From a virus (lineage: Duplodnaviria > Caudoviricetes): a DNA stretch of 63,628 nucleotides. Below, piece after piece: positions 1-8,177 of this stretch; position 1 is the stretch's first letter, and every line of letters begins with the position of its first letter. The notes under the pieces were generated by a model that saw only the letters and a list, made by a program, of their open reading frames with translations, searched no databases and was not told the origin of the DNA. Both the position numbers and the translations under genes were made by a program. The stretch lies in the IMG/VR virus record IMGVR_UViG_3300048554_000002, positions 1 to 63,628 of that record; one strand, given 5' to 3'.

Positions 1-135
1 GTTGGTTAGCGCATTGGTCATAACTATGGCTTGGCCTTCATCAAAACCAGCGTTCTCTTGCAAGAACTTATTCATGGTTTCGGACACGCCAGTGTATTTG
101 CTAATTATAGACGTAAATTGTGACGCGGAAACATC
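1..135. repeat. Terminal direct repeat (assembly overlap) indicating a circular or circularly permuted genome
   Basis: Bases 1-135 equal 63494-63628 except G9 vs A63502, which is synonymous (CTA/TTA Leu) in the minus-strand gene. Confidence 0.97.
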
Positions 136-825
136 ACCACCTGTAATCTCAGCGGTAAGAGACGCGGTAATACTATCCTTAACGCCGTCTTGGAGTTTCT
201 CCCAACCACCTACAATGGGATTACCTTCAACGTCTATACCACCAGTAAAGTTTTCGTACTTAGCGTCTATTTTATCTGCTATTTGCCCGAGACTAGCGCC
301 AACTGCAGCGTTAAGACCTCCTGTAGCAAACGCCTGTAGTGGGTCTTGTCCGTATATAATTGCCGTAGTAGCGGATTGTGTACCACCTTTAATACCTGCT
401 TGGACAGCGGCTTCGACGGTAGAGTTTAACCCTGCGCTAGCTATTTTTGGGTTAACATATGTTGAACTAAATTCTCCAACTTTCCCAGTAGCATAAGAAA
501 TGGCTGCGGCCTTAACTACATCACCAAGATCGCCTCCGTTTGCGGCTACTGCAGCACCGTCAATAAGAGGGAGCGCCCATGCGTTACCCGTAGCAACTGC
601 GCCTATCTTAGCAATAGTAGTAATCGGGTCGTCTAGCGCAGCTTGAATAACATCCCCAACGCCACTTAGTACGGGTTCGACTATCTCGTCTACAACCCAA
701 TCAACAGCGTCACCAACAACGCCGACAACATCTTCGACAATATCTACAACACCACTAGCGACATCTTCGACAACATCCACCGCCGTGTTAACCACATCTT
801 CGACAAGTTCAACTACTGCTGACAT
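1..825 (-). CDS. 5' part of a giant (~2208 aa) internal virion/ejection protein that continues across the junction into 57692-63628
   Basis: ATG at 825 lies 1 nt after the TAG of the upstream gene. The frame MSAVVELVEDVV...SKYTGVSETMNKF is open. Position 87 equals 63580, and 825-87 = 246 codons in frame. Confidence 0.9.
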   Translation of the reverse strand, partial: MSAVVELVEDVVNTAVDVVEDVASGVVDIVEDVVGVVGDAVDWVVDEIVEPVLSGVGDVIQAALDDPITTIAKIGAVATGNAWALPLIDGAAVAANGGDLGDVVKAAAISYATGKVGEFSSTYVNPKIASAGLNSTVEAAVQAGIKGGTQSATTAIIYGQDPLQAFATGGLNAAVGASLGQIADKIDAKYENFTGGIDVEGNPIVGGWEKLQDGVKDSITASLTAEITGGDVSASQFTSIISKYTGVSETMNKFLQENAGFDEGQAIVMTNALTN

Positions 826-826
826 G

Positions 827-1294
827 CTACATTATCTCACTTAACGGTATCTTACCTAAAGTTACGTATGCTCGTGATCCACCTGTGGCCTTTCGACCTA
901 CAGCGATTTCACTATCACCTTTGTCGGTGTATCGTTTCCACGTCTTAAACGCACTATCATATACGTCTCCATCATAGTCAGAAACGTATCGTTTTATACC
1001 TTTCCGTTGCATATAGGTAAAATAACGCAACCCGTTGGCTATAAAGTTTTGCGCCGTGTCAAGATTAAACGCACGGCCCCACATCAAGTCTTCGTTTTTG
1101 CCTTTGCCCCTATGCCCAAGAAACACTGTGTTCCCTATCTGCACCATGTCGGAGTCTTCCATATTCATTTCTTCGACGATACTGACCATCGCTGCTTCGA
1201 CGCTAATGTTTTTCGGTCCAAGCTCCCCAACTACAGTGGAAATAATTGTAGGTGCGGGTAGTGGTTCGGTTTTACTATCTACAACAGTTAGCAC
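827..1294 (-). CDS. Hypothetical protein, putative GNAT-fold acyltransferase
   Basis: 155 aa, tightly coupled to its neighbours. Predicted helix-helix-strands-helix-strand-helix-strand order resembles GNAT. Position matches GNAT-like genes that precede podovirus ejection proteins. Confidence 0.5.
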   Translation of the reverse strand: MLTVVDSKTEPLPAPTIISTVVGELGPKNISVEAAMVSIVEEMNMEDSDMVQIGNTVFLGHRGKGKNEDLMWGRAFNLDTAQNFIANGLRYFTYMQRKGIKRYVSDYDGDVYDSAFKTWKRYTDKGDSEIAVGRKATGGSRAYVTLGKIPLSEIM

Positions 1295-1295
1295 C

Positions 1296-2408
1296 CTACA
1301 CCTCCGTAGAAAAAATTGCGGCTGAATAGATGTTACCCATGCCAGCGGCTAGACTAAGAAACGGCCCTCGTGGGGCTGGCGCATCGTAGGACAAAAACAC
1401 ATCGTCGTCTTCAGTCCTATTGAGGATTTGTGGTACAATACCGCATTCCATGTCATTTAGCAACAGTCCTGTCTCTAATAACCCACTAGCGCTTAACGTA
1501 TGCCCTATTCGTGGTTTGTATGACGTAGCTACAAACTCACTAAGACTACGTTGCAACGCGGCTTTCTCTGCTTTATTATTAGCATCAGTGCCAGTCCCGT
1601 GCGTCTTTACCACGTTAACATCTTCCTTACGTACCCCCGCTACATGTAAGGAACCTTCGATAGCCTTAGAGTAGCCTTCACCATCAGGACGCTGCCCAAG
1701 CGGATTTGTGTTGTTTTCTGCAGACGTATATGCACCTAAAAACTTGGCCATAGGTGTGGACATACCTACATGTTCTTTCTCAAACACCGCTAATGCGGCC
1801 CCCTGACCTACATGAAATCCTGTGTTAACAGTATCAAACGCGGATGGTTTACGATCAGGTTCTTCTGATAGCTGTATACTAGCCTTGGCATCCCCGAAAA
1901 ACTCTAGCGAAGGTATGCACACAGAATCCTCACCCGCCAAGACAATGACCCTATCAAACCCGTAATGCCAAAACAAATTCTGCATATCCATAAGCACTTT
2001 TAAACTAGAGGCGCAGGCACTAGCATCTGTAGAAACGTGGTCGTGTACGTGAAACATGCTGGCTATTCGCCCTGCGTATATGTTAGTGAGCGTTATAAAC
2101 GGTATCTTGGTCTTGTAGTGCAGTTCCGCATCAGTATTCCTATCATATCGCCCGCTTGTGCCCATCCAGCCTTGGCTACCTGCAGCAAACATAAATGCAG
2201 TCTTACCGCCAACAGGGTTACTCACAACGTAATCTATAGTTTTTTGTAGTATAACTTTGTCAAACGCTTTGTGTGGAGGGTAGAACAACCCTGACTTAGC
2301 GCGCCTAAAAGTATCTTTTACGATATGCACGCTTTGCGGAAATGCTATATCTTCGTAAGTAGTTTTTTCCGTAGTGCATAGTGTTTCACAATGGGTCATG
2401 TATATCAT
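1296..2408 (-). CDS. fabF: Beta-ketoacyl-ACP synthase (FabF/FabB-type ketosynthase)
   Basis: Cys-His-His triad motifs DASACASS, KTHGTGT and SYKPRIGHTLSASG, plus GFHVGQGAA and a C-terminal AAGMG. Confidence 0.9.
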   Translation of the reverse strand: MIYMTHCETLCTTEKTTYEDIAFPQSVHIVKDTFRRAKSGLFYPPHKAFDKVILQKTIDYVVSNPVGGKTAFMFAAGSQGWMGTSGRYDRNTDAELHYKTKIPFITLTNIYAGRIASMFHVHDHVSTDASACASSLKVLMDMQNLFWHYGFDRVIVLAGEDSVCIPSLEFFGDAKASIQLSEEPDRKPSAFDTVNTGFHVGQGAALAVFEKEHVGMSTPMAKFLGAYTSAENNTNPLGQRPDGEGYSKAIEGSLHVAGVRKEDVNVVKTHGTGTDANNKAEKAALQRSLSEFVATSYKPRIGHTLSASGLLETGLLLNDMECGIVPQILNRTEDDDVFLSYDAPAPRGPFLSLAAGMGNIYSAAIFSTEV

Positions 2409-2692
2409 ACAACGGACTCCATAGCTGCTTCAACAGAATCAAAATCCTGCTTTTTGTTCTCAAGCATGTAATCTCGTACGGCACGTAAAGACGTTACAGG
2501 TATATTAAAATCCTCCGTCTCTGGAAGTCCGTATATATCTGACAACATTACTAATGTAAGCGTCACGTCTAAGCTATCTAACCCAATGTCTTCTTCTTTT
2601 AGGGTTACATCTAATGATTTAGGTTTAGTGTATTTGTCTAAACGCGGTTTATTTTCGCGGACGCAAGCGTCGAACAGTTCTATAAAGTCCAT
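2405..2692 (-). CDS. acpP: Acyl carrier protein
   Basis: 95 aa acidic protein with the phosphopantetheine-site motif IGLDSLD. Stop overlaps the KS start (ATGA). Confidence 0.88.
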   Translation of the reverse strand: MDFIELFDACVRENKPRLDKYTKPKSLDVTLKEEDIGLDSLDVTLTLVMLSDIYGLPETEDFNIPVTSLRAVRDYMLENKKQDFDSVEAAMESVV

Positions 2693-2732
2693 TTTGCACC
2701 TATCTGTTGAGGGTGCTTTTATTGTACAGCAT

Positions 2733-3356
2733 TTAGTTATTACTTACAAACTGAACTGCTACCACTGAAGAAGGAAGACCGGGATGCGGTGTAGTCGCCG
2801 CCTGTGTTTGTAGGGTAAGATCAGTATCATCTACAGCCCAATACATTTCTATATACTGGTCTGCGAGCAAATCTATAGAAAAATTCCAAAATACTGCTGT
2901 ATGGTCGTTACCTTTAATTGAATTTTTCTGTCCGCCGTACGGCACATCTGTACCGTTTTTGTTTATCCACGTCCACAATATCGCAGTGGCCGAGTTATCT
3001 TTCTTAACCTGCATTGTCACTTGAAAGTTGTATATGCCATCAGCCGTTACTGTTATTCTAGTTTTGTTAGTTCCTTCTATAGATACACTATTCCATAGGT
3101 AGCTATTTTCAAACTCAACCGGATACCCTGTATTAGGTGCCGTTGCGGTCTGATTTGTAGTGCTGTAAAATAACCCGCGTGGTAGGTATAAGAATTTACC
3201 ACCATCATCAGAATCTAACAACGTATTTACCACGTTAAGAAACCTATTGAAGAACAAACGTAGCACGTTGCTATTCTGGTCCATGTATGGACGTTCATAA
3301 CCTTCAGGCGCTAAAGGAAGCGCGGGTGTAGCTACCTTATCTATTTCGTTAGGCAT
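2733..3356 (-). CDS. Virion/tail-associated protein with C-terminal beta-rich (C1q/BclA-like) domain
   Basis: 207 aa, coupled to the nozzle gene. Motifs ITVTADGIYNFQVTMQ and DQYIEMYW. Confidence 0.55.
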   Translation of the reverse strand: MPNEIDKVATPALPLAPEGYERPYMDQNSNVLRLFFNRFLNVVNTLLDSDDGGKFLYLPRGLFYSTTNQTATAPNTGYPVEFENSYLWNSVSIEGTNKTRITVTADGIYNFQVTMQVKKDNSATAILWTWINKNGTDVPYGGQKNSIKGNDHTAVFWNFSIDLLADQYIEMYWAVDDTDLTLQTQAATTPHPGLPSSVVAVQFVSNN

Positions 3357-5203
3357 TACCGCCTCCCGTCAGGGCGCATGTCAATCCTCGGTGCGCCGAG
3401 CTGCCATGTAACACCTTCTCCTGTGGACTCAACTTTCATAGCAAGCTGCCTACCACGCACGCGGGTATATATCTGCCCCGTATACGCCTCTACAGGAAGC
3501 ACAGCCGTACGGGTTATCGTACGTGAGTTACTACCACCTTCCGACAGAGGATCATTATAGCCAGACCCAGAATTGGCAAGTGGTAGTAACGTCATCGTCG
3601 CACTGGGGGAACCTGTTGTAGACCCATCAAACCGTATGTCAGGCAATATGCGCCATATAAACGCAAACTGATGGCCGTCTTCTAAGTCAAACTCTGCAGA
3701 AGCAACAAACGCGTGTATGGCTGCGGTGGTAGCTGTCTCGTTGTCATCTACACCTTCCTCGTGGTTTACGAGGTTATATGAGTATGTAGCTGCAAGCGGG
3801 TTACCCCGTAGACCGGAATCAAGCCATGCAGTGCGGGCCATTGTGCCATAGTACCAAATATCTTCTAGGTAGTTGTACACCACATAACGATCTATATTTG
3901 TCTGATCGGTAGAACAATAGAACCACCACACTTCGTGATACGACTCGTTAGTCCCTGCAAATACTTGGTCGTATTGTTGCTCGTTGAAGTCACCAAAGAC
4001 AAACTTACGCAGGTCACAGCGCAGGGGTTGAGTACGCCCGTCATACTTGTAGAACTTATCTTTACCCATCCAGTAGGCTACGCCATTAGCATAGGCTACA
4101 CAGTTTTGTGATGCTGTAGATATGTTTTCACCAACAAGCTGCGCAGACCACACTACAGGAGCGCCCACATATTGTAGCGAATAGAGAGCCGCGTCAGTCC
4201 AGACCAGCACCTCCTGTCTAGCTTGTTTAGAGGCTATAATCTCGGTGCCACGAGATAACGTAAGGAACCCTGCTTGTGATGTAACCGATGGTGTCCAATC
4301 TACTACACTACCTTGATCCGACCATCGCACCAACATAGGGTTGACTGTGGAACTACCAAACTCATTTGTACCGAACGCAAACACAAAACGATTGATGTCG
4401 GATACTTCTAAAATACGTTGGCTTGTGGGTACGTTGCTTGCGCCACCAAGGGTTGATAGCTCTACACCGCGGGATGTTAGTCCGCTAGTTGCATCCCAAT
4501 AATATATCGGCCCCCCACGAGGCCCAAAAACAAGGTCTTCGCCAAAATTAGACTGGCTCCAAAGCCTGATTGCATCTGTAGATGTGTCACCTACACCCCA
4601 CGTACCAGAACCCCAAGAAGAAGCGCCCCAACCTGTAAGGGGGATTGCAAACGCGGGACCAATGTTGATCTGATACGCCGCCGTAACCGTACCACCACCT
4701 GTTGCAGTAGAGGAAGCTGCAGAACCCGCATCTATTGTGTATTCGTTGGTAGTGGTAGTAAGAGTTATCTGATACTCACCGTTTAGAGTAAGCCCACCCA
4801 CGGCGCTAGCACCACTATAGGTAACAAAATCTCCGTCTGTATAGCCGCCATTCGCATCGGTAACCGTAACAATAGGAGAACCTGAAGTTGTTGCGAACGG
4901 GTTTGTGAGCGTCACTGTAGCACGTAATGGGGTGATGTCGTTATACGCTCCACCGTTCTCAATGTAGTATTTTAGGTTGGTGCCGACGGCAATAAGGTTC
5001 TGACTACCTAGTGTTACCCAATTCCATAATGACCTACACACACCTTGAAACGTGGTAGCAGATATACGTTGCCAACCACCTATCTTCTCAGGTGTACCCT
5101 GCCGAAAGCGTATCTTGTCGCACTCGTACCAGCCACCTTCGCTTGTGTAGCGTGTGTTTTCGCGGTTCACACCAGACTTTAAAAGTAGCTTCTTTAGGGG
5201 CAT
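3356..5203 (-). CDS. Tail nozzle / head-stabilisation protein (P22 gp10 / T7 gp12-like position)
   Basis: 615 aa, beta-propeller-like. N-terminal DKIRFRQGTPEKIGGW, VRWSDQ, and C-terminal RVRGRQ...WQLG...DGRR. Confidence 0.7.
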   Translation of the reverse strand: MPLKKLLLKSGVNRENTRYTSEGGWYECDKIRFRQGTPEKIGGWQRISATTFQGVCRSLWNWVTLGSQNLIAVGTNLKYYIENGGAYNDITPLRATVTLTNPFATTSGSPIVTVTDANGGYTDGDFVTYSGASAVGGLTLNGEYQITLTTTTNEYTIDAGSAASSTATGGGTVTAAYQINIGPAFAIPLTGWGASSWGSGTWGVGDTSTDAIRLWSQSNFGEDLVFGPRGGPIYYWDATSGLTSRGVELSTLGGASNVPTSQRILEVSDINRFVFAFGTNEFGSSTVNPMLVRWSDQGSVVDWTPSVTSQAGFLTLSRGTEIIASKQARQEVLVWTDAALYSLQYVGAPVVWSAQLVGENISTASQNCVAYANGVAYWMGKDKFYKYDGRTQPLRCDLRKFVFGDFNEQQYDQVFAGTNESYHEVWWFYCSTDQTNIDRYVVYNYLEDIWYYGTMARTAWLDSGLRGNPLAATYSYNLVNHEEGVDDNETATTAAIHAFVASAEFDLEDGHQFAFIWRILPDIRFDGSTTGSPSATMTLLPLANSGSGYNDPLSEGGSNSRTITRTAVLPVEAYTGQIYTRVRGRQLAMKVESTGEGVTWQLGAPRIDMRPDGRR

Positions 5204-5211
5204 GTTACACC

Positions 5212-5688
5212 TTAATCTATAAGTTCAAAATGAGGGCCGTCAATAAATGGCCTACGCCCCTGCGATCTACGAAGGTCAACATACGCGTTCATAGCGTCTT
5301 CCATTGTGCCGTTCCATTTACGAATGTCCATAGGGTATGGCATTTCAGGTGTACCCCATGCAGCGCCCCAACAAATAGAAACACCTACCACTTCTGCGGC
5401 TTCTTTGATCGCATCGGCAAGATCATCGTATAAATTCAGTTCCCACGATGCACGCCCATTAACATAGGCCATAATATCAAAAGCCTTACCCTCAAGGTGT
5501 TTTGACTTCATGGTTTGACTAGCGCCTTTAGCGACCAACTCTTTTTGTTGTTCCAAGGTTCTCATCCCTTGCACAACACCGAAATCAGTTTTTGTTAGGG
5601 TTATGGCATGTTTCACAACAGCCTGTAGCCGTTCGTCAATACCCTCAAGCCTATCAAGGCTACGTCTACTTAACTTAAACTCGCTCAT
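5212..5688 (-). CDS. Endolysin, L-Ala-D-Glu peptidase (M15C family)
   Basis: Start moved to MSEFKLSRRS (RBS GAGG). Motifs QGMRT.EQQ, SKHLEGKAFD and DGPHFEL. Confidence 0.9.
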   Translation of the reverse strand: MSEFKLSRRSLDRLEGIDERLQAVVKHAITLTKTDFGVVQGMRTLEQQKELVAKGASQTMKSKHLEGKAFDIMAYVNGRASWELNLYDDLADAIKEAAEVVGVSICWGAAWGTPEMPYPMDIRKWNGTMEDAMNAYVDLRRSQGRRPFIDGPHFELID

Positions 5689-5689
5689 G

Positions 5690-6073
5690 TTACTTCCTCT
5701 TAAAAAATGCCTGTGCCCCGCGCACACCGAAACTGGCTGAAATTGCAATTCCAAGGCTGTAAAAATACCAGTCTGGCGCTTTGTTGAGTTGTTCAAAGCC
5801 TCGGTCTACCCAACCTTCTGCGCCCGGAATCCAGCATAAAATCAATGGGATAGACAAGATAATTACGAACCACTCATCCTTCCAGCTAGACTTGGCACCT
5901 TCTGCCATGATGCGTTCCCAGTCTGCGACTGAGGTTTCCTTGGACAGCATAATCTTGGCTTTGGCTTCTGCTTCTGTGAGTTTTAACTTGGCATCCGCGG
6001 CTTGTTTGTCAGCTTTACCCTGCAGCCAAGAAGAGGCTAGATTACCTAGTGGTCCTATTAGCGCCTGTATCAT
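5690..6073 (-). CDS. Holin (3-TM type)
   Basis: 127 aa with SSWKDEW motif, hydrophobic segments and a basic C-terminus. Directly upstream of the endolysin. Confidence 0.7.
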   Translation of the reverse strand: MIQALIGPLGNLASSWLQGKADKQAADAKLKLTEAEAKAKIMLSKETSVADWERIMAEGAKSSWKDEWFVIILSIPLILCWIPGAEGWVDRGFEQLNKAPDWYFYSLGIAISASFGVRGAQAFFKRK

Positions 6074-6270
6074 TTCTCAGACCCCAACCACACGGCTATC
6101 GTTCCCGTCATAGCCCCACTAACCACTGAAATCATTGCGGATTGCTGCGTTGACAAGTCATCCAAACTCATTCCCCACTCAATCACACGGATATACATAA
6201 TCGTCATAACAACCATCATAAAACGTGGCATGAGCTTGTATTGCAGAATCTTTTCAAAGGTATTTGCCAT
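6070..6270 (-). CDS. Small 2-TM membrane protein (lysis-associated)
   Basis: 66 aa with two hydrophobic helices, RBS GAGG, overlapping the holin start. Confidence 0.65.
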   Translation of the reverse strand: MANTFEKILQYKLMPRFMMVVMTIMYIRVIEWGMSLDDLSTQQSAMISVVSGAMTGTIAVWLGSEK

Positions 6271-6271
6271 G

Positions 6272-6532
6272 TTACACCTCTATGTTTAACTTCGTTCCTT
6301 GCGGCCTGTCCGCATTGGTCTTGCGTCCGAACCTATCATAGCTTTCTGATAATTCCAACTGTTGCTTTCTTAGGGCTTCTAGGTGTTGGTGGTTATTCCT
6401 GTGGTTCTTTTCCACCCGCTGTTCTGTGAGGTGGTTTTCTATGCGTTCGCGTGCACGCGTTTGTTCGTGGATGTGACTTCCCACATCGAACGGCATGTTA
6501 CCTACACCTGTAAGTCCGTCAGCCACAGCCAC
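6272..6532 (-). CDS. Hypothetical protein
   Basis: 86 aa ORF tightly packed in the operon. Confidence 0.6.
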   Translation of the reverse strand: MAVADGLTGVGNMPFDVGSHIHEQTRARERIENHLTEQRVEKNHRNNHQHLEALRKQQLELSESYDRFGRKTNADRPQGTKLNIEV

Positions 6533-6641
6533 CCCTTTCTATAACCCATTCTGCTATTTTACGATGATGTGTTATAATCACAATCTTGCCTCGCTCGTCG
6601 TACACTATCCACCGCAATCTACCTACTTGCACCAGCCGCAT
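6519..6641 (-). CDS. Small hypothetical protein (40 aa, not in ORF track)
   Basis: MRLVQVGRLRWIVYDERGKIVIITHHRKIAEWVIERGGCG. ATG immediately follows the upstream TAA and fills the gap. Confidence 0.55.
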   Translation of the reverse strand: MRLVQVGRLRWIVYDERGKIVIITHHRKIAEWVIERGGCG

Positions 6642-7115
6642 TTACCATCTGCCTTGGTCCTTACCGATCAACCAAACAGCAAAGCTCATAACAGTAACGC
6701 CAACTGCAGCGGCCAGCAAACCAACAACCCACTCAATAATTTTACGTTTTAGTTCTTCTTTGCGATACAGTTCCTCTTTGCGCTGTTTGCGCATCTGTGC
6801 CTCAATATACAGCACCTCCTCCCACGCGGATGGACCATAATGGAACGATATAAAATTTTTGATTTCGGTACGCATTTGCTCCATCTTCTTCTTTTGGGCA
6901 AATATCTGTATCGCGGTTTCGTTATCGGAACCTTTGAAACTGTACCATGGTGGGTTTTGTGCCCTGTCTTCTGCGTAGGAAAAATCACTAAACGCCTTAC
7001 CCCATTGGGAAAGTTGACCAGACATATCTTGGATATCGCGGCCTACGGCAATGCCTTTCTTGATGGCATTAAAAGCGCTCGTCGCCATACCTACTGCTGT
7101 AATTGGATCAATCAT
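6642..7115 (-). CDS. Membrane-anchored coiled-coil protein (lysis region)
   Basis: 157 aa starting MIDPITAVG, with a coiled coil and a C-terminal TM helix. Confidence 0.7.
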   Translation of the reverse strand: MIDPITAVGMATSAFNAIKKGIAVGRDIQDMSGQLSQWGKAFSDFSYAEDRAQNPPWYSFKGSDNETAIQIFAQKKKMEQMRTEIKNFISFHYGPSAWEEVLYIEAQMRKQRKEELYRKEELKRKIIEWVVGLLAAAVGVTVMSFAVWLIGKDQGRW

Positions 7116-7285
7116 GTTTCACGAAACCTCACCGGACACTGGTAATCAGGATCAACTCGGTAAATCCTGTCATAATAGCTATAGGGTCGCGTGCCACAGT
7201 CATACCAGCAGGCTTTGTAGAACCAACTGCCGTAGCCGTTTATGAACACATGCCCGTACCCTATGAATACGAGCGTGCAAAGCAT
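7112..7285 (-). CDS. Small Cys/Tyr-rich hypothetical protein (57 aa, not in ORF track)
   Basis: MLCTLVFIGYG...QCPVRFRET. Starts 2 nt after the upstream stop, and its stop overlaps the downstream ATG (ATGA). Confidence 0.6.
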   Translation of the reverse strand: MLCTLVFIGYGHVFINGYGSWFYKACWYDCGTRPYSYYDRIYRVDPDYQCPVRFRET

Positions 7286-7286
7286 G

Positions 7287-7520
7287 TTACCGCTCCATTA
7301 AGCGGTCTATTTTTTCTTCAAGGCGGTCAAACCGTGCAACGATCTGATTCATAGTTGAAGCACCGTCTAGTTTATTGACGTATTCTTTCGCCATCTCTTC
7401 CCTTGTTTTGTTCAAGAGAATTTGAACGCGCCCAAGTTCGGCGTGTTGAGCTTTTAACCACCAACCAATACCGCCTATTGAAGCAGCTAATCCTACATTT
7501 ATGAGCGCGTTCATTTCCAT
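7287..7520 (-). CDS. Small membrane protein (N-terminal TM plus coiled coil)
   Basis: 77 aa with a hydrophobic N-terminus and C-terminal RFDRLEEKIDRL. Confidence 0.7.
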   Translation of the reverse strand: MEMNALINVGLAASIGGIGWWLKAQHAELGRVQILLNKTREEMAKEYVNKLDGASTMNQIVARFDRLEEKIDRLMER

Positions 7521-7753
7521 TATTGTGCCGCTACCTCTTGAGCTTCTTCTGGTGTATCTTCCAAAGCCCCTTTGAGCATATCAATGAAGAACTTACGACC
7601 ACCTTCTAGCTGGGTCATGTTAAACCGTGTTGATTGTAGCTTGCGATCCAAGTCTGCAACGTGGTTTACCATTTCCTGCTGTTCGGCAGTCATGTCTTCG
7701 AATGTGTATTCTTTATCGTCGATCACGATAGGCGTTGTTTTTTTCTCAGCCAT
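7520..7753 (-). CDS. Hypothetical protein (tail-fibre-associated coiled coil)
   Basis: 77 aa with RBS AGGAG. Confidence 0.7.
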   Translation of the reverse strand: MAEKKTTPIVIDDKEYTFEDMTAEQQEMVNHVADLDRKLQSTRFNMTQLEGGRKFFIDMLKGALEDTPEEAQEVAAQ

Positions 7754-7778
7754 TTTGATCTCCTTTTCTAAGGTTAAG

Positions 7779-8150
7779 TTATTCCGCAGCCCACGGCGCG
7801 GTTTCTACGGCTGTTGGCGGGTTGATTTGTTTCGCAATATTGCGATCATGTCCCGCTTCCCATTCCGCACAGATAACGCCTTCGCCTTCAGCGGCATTGG
7901 CGTCAATAGTATCCTTGGCCCATCCTACGACTTGCGCTTCTGTCAAGTCTGCGAACGATGTGAACGTAGCAGGGTCCAAGTTATTAGTGTTCAAACTGAT
8001 CTGGTTTGCAGATGAAATGGTGTAGGTTGTTCCGTCTACAGTTTCTTCTGAGTTTAGACGCCAGACAACAGAGAATACGACTTCGGAAAGCCCATCCTGT
8101 GTTCTGGTTTGAAGCTGGTCATTTACGGACCAAGTGTGTGTAACAGCCAT
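7779..8150 (-). CDS. Tail-fibre-associated protein / chaperone
   Basis: 123 aa directly after the fibre gene, RBS AGGAG, motifs FADLTEAQVVGW and PW at the C-terminus. Confidence 0.65.
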   Translation of the reverse strand: MAVTHTWSVNDQLQTRTQDGLSEVVFSVVWRLNSEETVDGTTYTISSANQISLNTNNLDPATFTSFADLTEAQVVGWAKDTIDANAAEGEGVICAEWEAGHDRNIAKQINPPTAVETAPWAAE

Positions 8151-8177
8151 TGTTTATTTCTCCTTGCTGGTTACGGG

